Source of the DNA: an uncultured archaeon
Lineage (GTDB): Archaea > Iainarchaeota > Iainarchaeia > Iainarchaeales > GCA-2688035
DNA length: 64,000 bases
NCBI GenBank assembly: GCA_964354805.1
Contig: CAYHBD010000028.1
Location: forward strand, 28,246-92,245
Reading direction: 5' to 3'
In this document: piece by piece, positions 27,961-37,600 of the stretch
How positions within the stretch are numbered: position 1 is the first letter of the stretch
How the letters are laid out: each line of letters opens with the position of its first letter
Notes under the pieces: model-generated
What the model saw: only the letters and a program-made list of their open reading frames with translations
What the model was told of the DNA's origin: nothing
Database searches by the model: none
Program-made: the position numbers and the translations under genes

Positions 27961-28626
27961 CTAGGCAAAGTTCGCCAGAAAAATCATTTCGGCGTGGATT
28001 GCCCAGTGGATGAAGAAAGCTGGCAGGAAGCTTTTTGCTTTTAATGCAATCTGGCCAAGCAGCAGTGCAGCGAAAAATGATGCAATAACCTCTGCGCCAG
28101 GTTTTCCCATGTGGAACAATGCAAATGGGATTGCGTGCACTGGCAGGGCTGTTGGCCCTATTTTTTTAGCCAAGCCGAACAGAATGAAGCCCCTGAAGAA
28201 GAATTCCCAGAAGAACAAGAGCGCGCCGTGAAACGCTTCAAAATAGAGAAAGTCTGTGGCGGTTGCAATTGTTTTGATCGAATAATATGCCCGAACATCG
28301 GGCAGAGCGTAAGCGATTGCGATTGCAGGCGCCAGCAGAAGGGAGAAGACAATTGAATAAATTATTACTTTCTTTTTTATCCCGAAAGAAATCCCGAAAT
28401 TTTTAATGGGCGCCCTGAAAACAACCAGGATTATTGCAAGGGGAATTGCCCCATAAAAAACCGCTGAATTAACCAAAGTTGGCAATTGGCTGAATCCTAT
28501 GGCGAACGGAAGGAAGAAGGAAAGGAAGAGCAGCAGCCACAGGCGCCAGTCAATTCCTTGGAAATCAAAAATTTCCCTGATTGCTTTGAAAAGCATTTTG
28601 GCGCCAAGGGTTAAGTAATTTGGCAA
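27961..28626 (-). CDS. CPBP (CAAX/Abi) intramembrane metalloprotease
   Basis: WEFFFRG, FALFH, H motif 4; multiple TM segments. Confidence 0.88.
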   Translation of the reverse strand: MPNYLTLGAKMLFKAIREIFDFQGIDWRLWLLLFLSFFLPFAIGFSQLPTLVNSAVFYGAIPLAIILVVFRAPIKNFGISFGIKKKVIIYSIVFSLLLAPAIAIAYALPDVRAYYSIKTIATATDFLYFEAFHGALLFFWEFFFRGFILFGLAKKIGPTALPVHAIPFALFHMGKPGAEVIASFFAALLLGQIALKAKSFLPAFFIHWAIHAEMIFLANFA

Positions 28627-28729
28627 GCTTTAAAAAGCCTTTCTTCAAAGAATTTTCTATAAAAGGGCTTAAAGCAAATAACTGCTTTTTTTAAATGAAT
28701 TTTTTGATTGCAATTTAGAGTGGTTTTGT

Positions 28730-29464
28730 ATGGGTTTGAGGCCAGGGCACTGCTACGCCAGCAAAAAGGACAGGGCTTTCACGCGTTTTGCCCAGACAGT
28801 GCCGGACAAAAACTATATGGGCGCTATGCCAGGCCTTAAAACAAGGCAGTTTAACATGGGCAACTCAAAAAAGCAGTTCTCGCACATTCTTGACCTCATT
28901 GTTGAAGAGCACGTTCAGATCAGGGACAACGCAATCGAGAGCGCGAGAATAACAATTAACAGGTTCCTGCAGAGAAAGCTTGGCGTGGAAGGCTATTTCA
29001 TGAGGATAAGGGTTTACCCTTTCCACGTGCTCAGGGAGAACAGGCAGGCGCAGGGAGCAGGCGCTGACCGTGTTTCCCAGGGAATGAGCCTTTCTTTTGG
29101 CACATCAATCGGAAGGGCGGTAAGAACCAGGCCAGGCCAAAAAATAATCAGTGTTCTTGTTGACGAGCAAAATATTCCAATAGCAAAGCAGGCTTTGCTC
29201 AGGGCAAACGCAAGGATTGCGGCAAAACTGCACGTTCAAATCGGGACAGATGTTGAGAGCATTGGGACAAGGCCAAAGGAAATAAAGGAAATTGTCGAAG
29301 AAAAGCCAAAGGAAGCAGCGGAGAAAGAAGCGGCAAAAGAAGGCAAAAAGCCAGCTGAAGGAGAAAAGGCGGCTGAAGGCAAAAAGCCAGCCACAGCAAA
29401 AGGACAGGAAGCAAAGAAACCAGAGGAAAAAAAAGAAGCCGCCCCAAAAGCAAAAAAGAAATAA
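28730..29464 (+). CDS. rpl10e: 50S ribosomal protein L10e (uL16) with long K/E/A-rich C-terminal tail
   Basis: LRPGHCY, QIRDNAIESARI, YPFHVLREN, GADRVSQGM. Confidence 0.96.
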   Translation: MGLRPGHCYASKKDRAFTRFAQTVPDKNYMGAMPGLKTRQFNMGNSKKQFSHILDLIVEEHVQIRDNAIESARITINRFLQRKLGVEGYFMRIRVYPFHVLRENRQAQGAGADRVSQGMSLSFGTSIGRAVRTRPGQKIISVLVDEQNIPIAKQALLRANARIAAKLHVQIGTDVESIGTRPKEIKEIVEEKPKEAAEKEAAKEGKKPAEGEKAAEGKKPATAKGQEAKKPEEKKEAAPKAKKK

Positions 29465-29510
29465 AAAAAATTAAACTTAAAAAAAAGAAAGCCTTGTGAA
29501 AGAAAAAGCC

Positions 29511-29532
29511 TTTTTTCCCTTTTGGGAAAAAA
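29511..29532. terminator. T/A-tract hairpin between convergent genes
   Basis: TTTTTTCCC-TTTT-GGGAAAAAA. Confidence 0.5.
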
Positions 29533-29557
29533 AGTGAAGCGAGCCTGTAACCTGGGT

Positions 29558-30202
29558 TCAAATAAGAGAAATAATATCGGTTGGAAAGTAGGTATTAAAA
29601 CCCAGAGTGGGGTAAATTAAATCTTGTATATGGATGGTTGTCGTTTCACGACTTGCTTTTGTTCTTTTTCCTACCACTAAACATGTTTCTGTTGTGCAAA
29701 AATAAAATGGCGCGTATTTATTTTTTTGCAGCAGATAGGTGGCGTCAGCTAAAATCTTTATATCATTATCACTCCATCTTTTGTCCATTGGAATTTTGTT
29801 TTCACTTATGAGAGTTGTATGTAAGGGTATGACTTTTTCTTTTTTTATTTTGTCCCGTTGTTCCACGTCGATAGGGGGCTTGTCAACCATTTCCAAAAAA
29901 TCTTTTAATCGCTTTCGAGCCTTGTTTCTAATCAATGAAATAAAATCCAAATAGCCTTCGGTGGCATTTCTGGTTTTTTCAATAGAGTCTTCAACTACTT
30001 TATCAATTTTGTTTTCGCATTCATCAAAAACAGTCAAAGACTCAATGACTCGGGCGCCCCCCTTTTGTATGGCTTGAATTAATACTCTAAAAAAGGGCTC
30101 AAGTCTTTGGTAATGCGGGTGTTCAATCACTTTGCCATCAGGGTAATCTATTTTAACCGAATAAATAAGTATGACATTAGAATCTAAAAAAATGTAGGTC
30201 AT
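29558..30202 (-). CDS. Divergent PIN-domain protein
   Basis: IFLDSNV, TVFDE, DIKILA, FCTTE. Confidence 0.7.
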   Translation of the reverse strand: MTYIFLDSNVILIYSVKIDYPDGKVIEHPHYQRLEPFFRVLIQAIQKGGARVIESLTVFDECENKIDKVVEDSIEKTRNATEGYLDFISLIRNKARKRLKDFLEMVDKPPIDVEQRDKIKKEKVIPLHTTLISENKIPMDKRWSDNDIKILADATYLLQKNKYAPFYFCTTETCLVVGKRTKASRETTTIHIQDLIYPTLGFNTYFPTDIISLI

Positions 30203-30696
30203 TAAAATTCTTGTCCAATTTCTTCGTTCAAAATAGCAACCGCTTTGGAGATAATGTCTTTCGGAATTTTTTTGACGACGGCATCAAACTCGGTTAAATA
30301 ATTTTTCCCGCTTTCTTGCAATTGTATTGAGCAATTTTTTGATTTGATTTTAAAGTTGTCAATATTAAAACTTTTTTTACTCATACTTGAATCAATTTCG
30401 TTTACCAGATTTACAGCATCTTCAACGGCTTGCAAAGTTGGCAAAGCGTAGTCAATTACTTTTGGGTTATCGCTGGGTGAAGCGCTTGCCACAATCCTTG
30501 CATAATTCTCCAAAATATCTGCACTCAATCGAAGGCAATCATAGGTATCCAGTAACTTTGGTTCTTTAATAACACGATTAACCAATGCTCTCTTTTTTTG
30601 CTTAACACAATCTCTAAAAGACCCTATTGCCGATAAATAATTTTTGTCGATTTTTCTTGTTTTTTTTGAAATTTCAACAAAGCTAAATTTTTCCAT
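30202..30696 (-). CDS. Hypothetical helical protein, coupled to the PIN gene
   Basis: ATG 30696 downstream of TTTTTATA box; stop overlaps the PIN start (TAATG). Confidence 0.7.
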   Translation of the reverse strand: MEKFSFVEISKKTRKIDKNYLSAIGSFRDCVKQKKRALVNRVIKEPKLLDTYDCLRLSADILENYARIVASASPSDNPKVIDYALPTLQAVEDAVNLVNEIDSSMSKKSFNIDNFKIKSKNCSIQLQESGKNYLTEFDAVVKKIPKDIISKAVAILNEEIGQEF

Positions 30697-30822
30697 TCTT
30701 CCACCCAATTTCAATTTAAATAACACAGCCCACATATAAAAACTTTTGCACAGGGTTAAAAAAACAACCACCCGTAACGACAATTAGCGAATAAAGAGTT
30801 TTTATGCTTTAACGGCAGGACA

Positions 30823-33351
30823 ATTCAAATCACTTCTGCCACAATTCCTTGAGCGAGTTAAACTAAACAAAGCATCAGCTAGCTTTAATTCCATACTTAT
30901 ACGCCAAGCGTCTCCAGATATTATATTGAAATTCAGGTAACACGTTCCCTCTTTCTTCTGCCATTTCATTGATTTCAACCCATTTCTGCGCATCATTATA
31001 TTCTTCTTCAATGCTATCAAAAGATTCGCCTTCAGAAATCTCAATTATTTTTGGAACCGACACCAATTTTCCACTTGTGGCATAATCCCCTTGGTCATCT
31101 GTTGGAATTGAAGGCACTGTTGTTTCAATAAAACAATATCCGCTTGGTTTTGAAATGTATGGGGGCGGGCATAGAGTAGAAATTTCATTTATTCCTACAG
31201 AACTGCATGACCCTTTCCAGAGGTTTAAACTGTAGGCGTCTGGGCATTTTATGCCAACTGCAAGGTGGTTATCCGCTTCATATTCTAGAACTGCTGCACC
31301 AAAACCTAACTCCCTTAACAAAAGAGCCAATAACCTCGACTTCTCAGCGCAAACCCCCTGCTTTTCATAAAGCACTTCATATGGATATCGATTATTCAAA
31401 GTGTCTGTTTCAACACCTATTGTGTCATAGGGTATATTCTGCACTAAGCTTATTGCAATCCTGGCTTGCTCATCTCTTTCTTCTGTTTTGCCACGTATAA
31501 GTTCCACTAATTTACCTACTTCACCTATTTGATGTTCTTCATCGAGGAATCTTAATTCGAGTGATTCATCTGTAGGATAATCATCGGGATAATAGCTTCT
31601 GAGTTTTGCTGCTAAATAATCACTTAGCCCCTTATAAACAGTAAATATTATGTCATCAGTATTTCCTCTAACAGTATATTCAAACTCTCTTTCAGTTTGC
31701 CCTTTAAGATAAATTGATATGCATTCATCTCTGATAGGTTCTTCTTCTTCGGAGCAACCGCAAATGCTTGCTTTTGGCAATAAATTCCCGTCTTCACAAT
31801 AGAGTGGTTTGTTAGAGTTACATTCATCGTATTCGGTTCCATCAGAGCATCTTCTTATTTTTACGCAAAGGTTATTTTTATTTTTGTAGTCAGGAGGACA
31901 ACTGAAAATAGATGCATCAATGGAAATTTCGTCACTTGGTCTTCTGAATTCAAACTGGGGCATTTCAATTGGAACGCATTTGGGTGAAATTAAAAAATTC
32001 TCAAATTCCACGCAAAGAGTGTATGTCTGCTTTTCAATTGAATACTTATATTGAGAATCTGCCTCTTCAACCAACTTAAAAGCCCCGATTGCAAACTCTG
32101 GTTTTTCAACACAGTCTCCAACTTTTTTACAAGTGAGGTCAGCCACTTTTTTTCCGCTCTGATTCTTGAGATAAACTTCTTTTGCCTCATCTCTTAATGT
32201 ATACTCAATTCTAGCCGCTACTTTGAGTGGTGATTCGCTTGTTACTTTATACATCTGCCCTTTCGTTGCTTCAATATGAGGGGCTAAAATAAAACTGAGC
32301 AAAAAAGCAATTGCCACAAGAAACACAAGAAGAATAACTGGAACTATAACTTTTTTTGACCCAAATCGGTTTAGAACTGTGCTTTTATCCCTTTTTACTG
32401 GTTCATGTTTACCGGGCTTTTGTTTAAGTATTTCTTTTTCAGTTGAAGCCCATTCGCGGGTGTGCTGTGGTTGGACTGCTGGCGGTTCGTGTCGTTCCCT
32501 TTTGCGTTCTTCTTCTAAATGTTCTTTGTATTCTTTTATTTTTTTGCGCTCGATTTCTTTTGTTTCAGCTAGTCTTGCTTTTGCCTCTTCGCTGTCTACT
32601 TCTTCGCAGTATTCTTCGTCAGCTTCTTGTTCTTCTTTTGGGTAGTATCTTTGCCATAAACCCAGTTCTTTCAATCTTTCTTCTTTTTCTTTTTTAGTTC
32701 TGTATTCATCTGAATATTCAATGCATGGGTGGCCCCCTTCTTTGTGATAGGATTCATCTAAAATTCTATCTTTGGGAGAATATAATACTAAACTTAACAT
32801 TGCAGGCGCTTTTGGTTCTCGATGCTTTAAGCAGTATGCTTGTTTACATAACTTACATGGTTTGAGCCCTTTCTTTTTTTCACAAGGATAATAACTACAC
32901 TCTTTTTTGTTGGCTTTGTGTTTTGGTATCTCTTTGGTTTTTTCAATCCAGGCATTGCCATTAATTACCGCTACACCTGAAGGAGGCCGCCAGTGCTTTT
33001 GCATTATTGAATCTATTGTTAAATATAACACGGAATTATGTTCAGGGTTTCTTACATGGGCCACTTCGTGTATTGCTGTGTTTTCAACCCCCTCCATCGG
33101 CAGCCATTTCAGAGTCTTTAGTGAAATACAAATTATCGGTGGTTCTTCATCCAAGTGAATGTGCGCTATTTCTTGCCCTGTGTCTGCAGGGCAATATGCT
33201 TTCCAGAAACGGATTCTGACAGAATAAATGCCGAGGTCTGCCATTGCCCTTTCAACAAATTCTTTAAATTTTTGCTCTTTTTCCTTAAGCAATTTCTCAT
33301 TAAGCCTGTCATAAGCGTCAACCATTCAAATCACTTCTTCGGCATTTCTTT
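30823..33351. repeat. 28-bp imperfect direct repeats (30823-30850 and 33324-33351) flanking the 816-aa gene
   Basis: ATTCAAATCACTTCT exact for 15 bp, 23/28 overall. Confidence 0.6.
30875..33325 (-). CDS. Membrane protein: HExxH metalloprotease-like domain, AN1-like Zn finger, coiled coil, TM, Cys-rich region and transglutaminase-like domain
   Basis: IHEVAH...H; C..C...C..C...YC.KH; single TM; RYPYEVL...GVCAEKS, NHLAVG, FIETT. Confidence 0.8.
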   Translation of the reverse strand: MVDAYDRLNEKLLKEKEQKFKEFVERAMADLGIYSVRIRFWKAYCPADTGQEIAHIHLDEEPPIICISLKTLKWLPMEGVENTAIHEVAHVRNPEHNSVLYLTIDSIMQKHWRPPSGVAVINGNAWIEKTKEIPKHKANKKECSYYPCEKKKGLKPCKLCKQAYCLKHREPKAPAMLSLVLYSPKDRILDESYHKEGGHPCIEYSDEYRTKKEKEERLKELGLWQRYYPKEEQEADEEYCEEVDSEEAKARLAETKEIERKKIKEYKEHLEEERKRERHEPPAVQPQHTREWASTEKEILKQKPGKHEPVKRDKSTVLNRFGSKKVIVPVILLVFLVAIAFLLSFILAPHIEATKGQMYKVTSESPLKVAARIEYTLRDEAKEVYLKNQSGKKVADLTCKKVGDCVEKPEFAIGAFKLVEEADSQYKYSIEKQTYTLCVEFENFLISPKCVPIEMPQFEFRRPSDEISIDASIFSCPPDYKNKNNLCVKIRRCSDGTEYDECNSNKPLYCEDGNLLPKASICGCSEEEEPIRDECISIYLKGQTEREFEYTVRGNTDDIIFTVYKGLSDYLAAKLRSYYPDDYPTDESLELRFLDEEHQIGEVGKLVELIRGKTEERDEQARIAISLVQNIPYDTIGVETDTLNNRYPYEVLYEKQGVCAEKSRLLALLLRELGFGAAVLEYEADNHLAVGIKCPDAYSLNLWKGSCSSVGINEISTLCPPPYISKPSGYCFIETTVPSIPTDDQGDYATSGKLVSVPKIIEISEGESFDSIEEEYNDAQKWVEINEMAEERGNVLPEFQYNIWRRLAYKYGIKAS

Positions 33352-33861
33352 AATATCTTCATTCGTTTGAGGTTTATTCCAGGATATTGGAATTAGTTTG
33401 CCTTTTGCATCCCAAGCTTCTGGAGCTCTAAAATGAGCCCTTACCACATTATCATTTGCTTTAAATTTCGAATCAATTGTGTGAACTTCACGAAAGAGAT
33501 AATAGCAAATGCCAAAAAAGAAAATACATACTAGACCATAGATTAACGCACTGTCAAAGTCAACAATGAAAAACCCGCGTTCAGGATTCCAGTTCAAAAT
33601 TCTGCTTTTGAAATCCCACACCCCACTTGCAAGAACATTGCCAACAACACCAAGAAGGATTCCCAAAATTAGAAAAAAATACTCTCTTCGCAAATTGAAC
33701 CATTTTTTTGCTTCATTCTCTGCTTTCTCAATTTCTGGCGGAATCCGGTTCATTAACAAATTACTTCCTTTTAGGCATTTCTTTAATCCGCAATTGCCTT
33801 TCGCCGCTTGGGCAAACAATGAGCTTCTGTCCTTTTCCAACCGTTTTATTTTTTTTAACAT
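33331..33861 (-). CDS. Hypothetical 2-TM membrane protein
   Basis: Two hydrophobic helices; start may be further downstream. Confidence 0.65.
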   Translation of the reverse strand: MLKKIKRLEKDRSSLFAQAAKGNCGLKKCLKGSNLLMNRIPPEIEKAENEAKKWFNLRREYFFLILGILLGVVGNVLASGVWDFKSRILNWNPERGFFIVDFDSALIYGLVCIFFFGICYYLFREVHTIDSKFKANDNVVRAHFRAPEAWDAKGKLIPISWNKPQTNEDIKEMPKK

Positions 33862-33901
33862 TTCCTTTCTACTATAATCTTTTGATTCGTAATCTTTTTA
33901 A

Positions 33902-34594
33902 CTACTTTTTCTTGGCAGGCTTTCGCTTCTGCTTTCCAGCAGGTTCTTTAAATTCCTCGGGCTCTGGCTCGGGCTCTTCCTCAAAATCATCTTCGCCCCC
34001 AATTTCTTCTTCACTGTCTTCCTCTTCAGATTCCTCAAGCTCTTTCTTCCCTTTGCCATCTTCTAAATCTTCCTCTTCGGCTTCCTCTTCTAAATCTTCC
34101 TCTTCAGGCTCTTCCCCAGATTCTTCTTCCCCCTCTTCAAATTCCTCTTCCTGCTCTTCCTCTGCGCTCTCTTCTTCGGGCTCTTCTTCAACAACGCGCT
34201 TTTTCTTTTTCACAACAGCAGGAACTTTTCTTTTAACAACATTTGGCTTTTGGGGCACCACGCGCTTTTTAATCGGTGCTTCTTCCTCGACTTCCTCTTC
34301 CAGTTCTTCCTCAATCGGCTCTTCGCCCTCTTCTTCAAATTCCTCTTCTTCCTTAAGCGGCTCTTCCTCTGCGCCCTCTTCTTCAATTTCTTGCGCAACC
34401 GCTGCTTTTTTCCTCAGTTTCCTGAAAACGTAAAAGAACAGGATTGCGAGCGCTGCAACGATTATGATTGTGTCAGGGCTAGGCCACCACTCAAGCACAA
34501 ACAAAACATACAGTATCAGGAAAACAGGAATGAAAACAAACAAAATAGCCATTCCTGCCAAACGCTTTTCAGGCGTGCTTTTGTGCTCCCTCAT
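33902..34594 (-). CDS. 2-TM protein with extremely acidic low-complexity tail
   Basis: Two TM segments, then Glu-rich tracts around a central Lys/Arg/Val patch. Confidence 0.75.
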   Translation of the reverse strand: MREHKSTPEKRLAGMAILFVFIPVFLILYVLFVLEWWPSPDTIIIVAALAILFFYVFRKLRKKAAVAQEIEEEGAEEEPLKEEEEFEEEGEEPIEEELEEEVEEEAPIKKRVVPQKPNVVKRKVPAVVKKKKRVVEEEPEEESAEEEQEEEFEEGEEESGEEPEEEDLEEEAEEEDLEDGKGKKELEESEEEDSEEEIGGEDDFEEEPEPEPEEFKEPAGKQKRKPAKKK

Positions 34595-34698
34595 GCGAAA
34601 ATAAAGAGCAGCAAACTGTATTTAATTTTTCCTTTTTTGTTAAGGGGCATTAAAAGTTAATTTATTAAACAAAAAAGCCATCTAATTATGGGTTTGTT

Positions 34699-37600
34699 AT
34701 GCTTGGCGTTGATTCAAAGGAAGCAAATATCCTGTGGTTCAGGCAGATTGGGAAAGAGGACATTCCCGTTGTTGGGGGAAAGGGCGCGAATCTGGGCGAA
34801 ATGGCGAACAACAATTTTCCTGTTCCGCCTGGCTTTGTTGTAACTGCAAAGGCATACTTCCGCTATTTGCTTGAAACAGGCATCAAGGACAAGGTAATCA
34901 AAACAGCTGACGCAATTGATATTGAAAACAACGAGCAGCTGCAGGCTGAAAGCGAAAAAATAAGGGAACTGATCAAGAGAACAAAAATGGGCATCCCCCT
35001 TGCAAACGAAATAAAGAAGGCATACACGCAATTGTGCGAGAAAAGGCTTGCATGGCTTACAAGCAGCGAGGAAGAGTTTGTTGCAGTGAGAAGCAGCGCA
35101 ACGGCAGAGGATCTGCCAAGCATTAGTGAAAATGAACAGGTGCTGGTAAAGGTTAATGGAAAGCCAATGTATGACAGGATCGGCAGTGTGTACGAAAAAA
35201 TTGCAAGCAGCACAAATCCCAAAATAGAAGTCCCTGGCATGGAAGGCAATAAAGTCGAATGGCTGAGGGCAAAGAGCTTGTTCAGGCACAAGGCAAATAA
35301 TGGCACGTTGTTTAAAATAACCACTGCAACAGGCAGACAAATCGTGGTTTCGCCAAATCATTCGCTGATTGCTTTGGATGAAGACAGGCTTGAACCAAAA
35401 ACAGTGAATATTTCTGAAATAGGCAAAGGAACAAGGTTGCCGGTGATTGGCCTCATTCCTTCACTGAATTGCGAAGAGACAATTAGGGCATTGGATTTTG
35501 TGAAAGGCACTGATGTAACTGAATGGCAAGGCAGGGTGATGATTAAAAACCGCTCTTCCAATTGGAAGATTCAAAATGGCTTGCCAAAAGAAATAAAGGT
35601 CACGAAAGGGTTTGCTTATTTTTTGGGGCACTATGCAGCCGAAGGCAGCACCTACAAAAATAATGGCATTTCAATAACAAACAGCAATTTCAAAATATTG
35701 GAGAAGATTGAAAGCGTATTAAGAAAACTGGGAATTTACAACAAGTCAAAGATCAACAAGTATTCGGTCCGGGCTTATTGCCCTTCAATGGTTAGATTTT
35801 TGCATGAAACAAGCGGAAAGCCGATTGAAGGAAAAAAAGGCAAAGGAAAATTGTGTGCAACGAAAAGAGTCCCGGATTTCGCGTTTGGGTGGAGTAAAAA
35901 AAATATTGCTGCATTCTTGAGAGGCTGCTTTGACGGCGATGGAACGGTTGGCAAGGGTGGCGTTTCATATTGCACTACCTCGGAGATGTTGGCAGGTGGC
36001 ATGTTTAAATTGCTGGAAATTCTCGGGTTTGGCTTTTATGTAACCAAAAAGAAAAACTTTTTTGTTATAAGCATTCCACTGCATGAAACCGAAAAATTCA
36101 ACAACTTGGTTGGCTTTGAAGATGAGGGCAAAAAAAACAAAATAAAACAATTAATAAAAGACTACAGGGCAAGGGAAAAACACCCTGAATTCAAGTATGG
36201 CATAACTATTTCAGAGAAGTTAGCGGAAAAGATAATGGAAGCTATTGGAAAAAAACTGCAAAAACAAGATGTTGAAATAGCCGTATGCAAAAAATGCGGT
36301 CAAAACGCTGAGCAGTCAAGCTATTACAAAAACAAAAAGCGGTACTATTGCATAAACTGCAAAAAAACCATGTACCAAGAAGGCGTACAACTCATTAAAA
36401 CAAAGAAATATGTCTACTTCAATGAAAAAGGGCAATTCAAAAAGAGCATGATTCCTTGGAATTACGGGCACATGCAGGGAAAGCATAGCTTGAATGCGTT
36501 AAAAAGAAAAACAAAAAGATATGGGTTGGAAAACCTATTCGAAATATTTGAAGGAACGGTAAAATGGGATGAGATAAAAGAAATTACCCCAATAAAATAT
36601 GACGGATTTGTTTACGATTTTGTTGTGCCAAGCACTGAAAACTTTGCAGCTGGCTTTGGGGGCATCATAACCCACAACTCTGCTTCTTTTGCGGGCCAAC
36701 AGGAAACCTTTTTGAACATCAAGGGGCAGAATGCGGTTGTTGATGCAGTGCAGAGATGCTGGGCTTCTTTGTTCACAGCAAGGGCAATCTATTACAGGAA
36801 AAGGAACAATTTTGAAACAGAAAAGGTCGGCATTGCGGTTGTTGTGCAGAAAATGGTTGACAGCAAAATAAGCGGGGTAATGTTCACTGCCAACCCCATA
36901 GGAGACGAAACAATGATGGTTATTGAGGCTGTTTTTGGATTGGGGGAAACTATTGTAAGCGGCAGCGTTACTCCGGACAATTACATTGTTGACAAAGGGA
37001 GTATGAGGCTGCTGCAGAAGCAGATTCACTCGCAGGAATTCAAGCTTGTCAGGGAGGGAAAAGAAAATGTGCGGGAAAAGCTGCCTCCCGCCATTGCAAG
37101 AAAGCAGAAGCTGCCTGACAAAACAATAATTGAATTGGCAAAGCTTGGGAAGCAGATTGAATCGCATTACAAGCAGCCGCAGGATATTGAGTGGGCGATT
37201 GAGGAAAAGCAGTTGCTGATTGTGCAAAGCAGGCCGATTACAACCCTTGGATTGAAGGAAAAGGTTGTTGCCGCAGAGAAAAGAAAAAAGCAAATGCACG
37301 AACTGGAAGACAAGATTATTTTGAGGGGCCTTGCGGCTTCCCCCGGAACTGGAACAGGGAAAGCGAGGATTGTTTTGAATGCAAGCCAGATCGGCAAAAT
37401 AAGCAAGGGCGATGTTCTGGTTGCAAAAATGACTACTCCTGATTGGGTTCCGGCAATGCGAAAAAGCAGCGCAATTATTACTGACGAAGGCGGAGTAACA
37501 TGCCATGCCGCAATAGTCAGCAGGGAGCTTGGAATTCCCTGTGTTGTTGGAACAGAGAAGGCAACCGGCATAATTGAGGATAACGAAATTGTCACAGTGA

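Noticed and set aside
30813-30843. TTCAAATC inside a GGCAGGA/TTCTGCC stem as a tRNA or att remnant
   Set aside because: No T-stem, D arm or anticodon arm; better explained as the direct repeat of the 33331 gene end.
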